A DNA stretch of 64,000 nucleotides from contig NW_027362768.1 of NCBI RefSeq assembly GCF_046119375.1, positions 32,240,001 through 32,304,000 of the forward strand, given 5' to 3'. Below, in pieces: positions 61,900 to 64,000 of the stretch; position 1 is the first letter of the stretch; the number at the start of each line of letters is the position of its first letter. The position numbers and the translations under genes were made by a program. Source of the DNA: Phyllobates terribilis (Eukaryota). The notes under the pieces were generated by a model, which did no database searches, was not told the DNA's origin, and saw only the letters and a list, made by a program, of their open reading frames with translations.

Positions 61900-63650
61900 G
61901 GTATGTGTGCTGCCCCTCATCCCTATTCTGTTATGCATGGTCCCCTCACCCCCTAATCTGGGTACACATGGTACCCCTTCATCCCTATCATGGTATGCAT
62001 GGCTCCCCCTCACCCCCCCAATCCTGGTATGTGTGGTAACCCTTTATCCTGGTATGCATGTCACCCCCTCATCCATATCCTGGTATGCATGGCACCCCTC
62101 ACCCCCCCCCCAATTCTGGTATGTGTGGTACCCCTTTTTATCCTGGTATGCATGTCACCCCATTCCTCATTCTTGTATATGTGGCACCTCAGTGGTCCGG
62201 TTGCCACAGTGGCATTGCCTCCCTCAAAAGAGGTAATGCCATGCCTGGAAGCAAGCAGGGGTCCCCTAGTCAGGTATACTAAACATGAAACACTTTCCTG
62301 GCTCCAGACCAGCAAGGGGAGCCCCCTCCCCTTGGCAACTGGGACCTGGGGGCGGGGTTAGTGAGTCTTAGTGTGAGGAGTTGAAGCGAGGACGTCGAGG
62401 AGAGAGGAGCTGGGGACTGGAGCTGTGCGGCAGCTCACCCCAGAAGAAGTACCGCACAGAAGAACCGGAGTCCGAGGCTGAGGGGCACTGAAGGCCCAGT
62501 CACAGAAACCGGAGGGCAGGAGACTGCAGGTCTCCTGGCCCCATCAGATGCCTAGAGGCTCAGCAGCACCGCAGGGTCCAGCACCGCCACGAGGGAGCGA
62601 CCCACCAGCAAGGCCCAAGCTGCCTGCCATACGGGTGAGCACAGAAACGTTACACTCAGGGACGAGGGCCACCGCACAGCTACAAGCAGCAGGGCCAAAG
62701 AGTTTAGTGGAAAGGGAAGGCCTCCAACTTTACCTGGCAAGGAGGATTCTTTACTTGCTTCCAGGCTGCCTGGACTTCCACTTCTAGCCAGTACTCTAGT
62801 CCCGGCTTGTTTAATCAGCACCAGTAAAGACCCTGGGACTGCACTTCCTTGTCTCTGTGTTTCTTGCTGCGCCATCAACCCCTGCACTACAATGCCCAGC
62901 ACAACCTGCAATATCTACACTGCCCTGGAGCTAAGTTCTACCTGTGGAGAGCCACACTGTCCCTGCTGCAGTAATATCAGCTCCAGAGGACCTGCTCTGC
63001 AGCGGCGGCTCCCTTAGCCGCCTACCACAGGTGGCGTCACAAACTCTATAAAAACACTATAAATCCCCTATCCATAACTCCTTTTATTGACCGCCCTGGG
63101 TCACGGACCAGGTCACCGCCACTGTGACATTCCCCAGCATCCACCGGCCCGGCACCGGGTACCCCACGGCCCAGGGGGCACGTCATATATATGGTCCTCT
63201 CACCCCCCCAATCCTGATATGCACGGCACTCCATTCTTCATTCTGGTATGCATGGTACCCCCTCAACCCTCAATCCTGTTATGCATGGTATTCCCTCACC
63301 CCCCATTTATGGTATGTATGGCACCCCATTCTTCATTCTGGTATGCATGGTCCTCTCACCCCCCCCAATCCTGGTCTGCATTATCTGTCCCCACCTCGAC
63401 CACCAATCCTGCTCTGCATGGTCCCCTCACTCCCCAATCCTGGTTTACATGGTACTCGATCCTTCATCCTGGTAGGCATGGTCCCACCCCTCACCCCCCT
63501 ATCCTGGTATGCATGATCCCCTCAAACCCCAATCCTGGTCTACATGGTCCCCCCCCCTCATCCCTCATCCCTCAATCCTGGTCTGCATGGTACCCCCTCA
63601 ATCCCCAATCCTGGTATGCATGGCACCCCTCATCCCGATCACGCTGCACA
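61900..63650. repeat. ~25-30-bp CCCCAATCCTGGTATGCATGG minisatellite split by LTR-E
   Basis: Directly visible at ~61900-62179 and ~63186-63650. Confidence 0.85.
62180..63185 (+). mobile_element. Solo LTR-E
   Basis: TGTGG...CGTCA ends; perfect TSD TATA (62176-62179, 63186-63189). Confidence 0.9.
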
Positions 63651-64000
63651 CATACAAAAAAATAAACACTTCTACTCACCTTTCTTCCCTGTTCTTCAGC
63701 TGTGTCCCGTTCTGCCGGAGACTGGGGGAGGAGTGTGGCGCCGAAGTACGCGCATGCTCATACCTCGCTGTCCAGCGCCACTTTGCTGAAGACACACTGC
63801 AAATGTGTCTTCAGTACAATGGTGCTGGAAAGCGCTATGCGCCAATTCTGATGCCTCACTCCTGTCGCGGTCTCCGGTGAGAAGAGAGGCGCCCCGGCAA
63901 CGCTCCTCCTGGTCAGGTATGTATGGAAGTATGGCACCGGAGGTCTCGGTATGCATTCAGTGTCTATGCATACCGTGATCTCCTGCGCCATACACACTCC

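Noticed and set aside
61803-63997. Cluster of overlapping Pro/His-rich ORFs
   Set aside because: Minisatellite and LTR translations without domain signal

Overview
Eukaryotic, transposon-saturated vertebrate DNA, most likely an anuran frog (inferred from the repeat families and the non-mammalian type of 18S expansion segment); not prokaryotic. Host-gene content is minimal: one 72-bp LRR exon of LGI2 (+, 1754-1825) and one intact 180-bp sushi/CCP exon on the opposite strand (7407-7586). The rest is nested mobile DNA: five large hAT (BED-finger DDE) copies, one with a nearly intact ~1,230-codon transposase; six LTR-like solo elements with 4-5 bp TSDs; Penelope-like (GIY-YIG) fragments with a hammerhead-ribozyme motif; Tc1, L1 and MITE remnants; and several satellites growing out of hAT subterminal repeats. 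The most unusual signal is that two independent hAT copies carry decayed 18S rRNA fragments at the same position and orientation (3' subterminal, antisense to the transposase). Motifs from these fragments appear to recur in the tandem repeats that have expanded into kilobase satellites. All homology calls come from remembered reference sequences and by-eye alignment; no searches were run.
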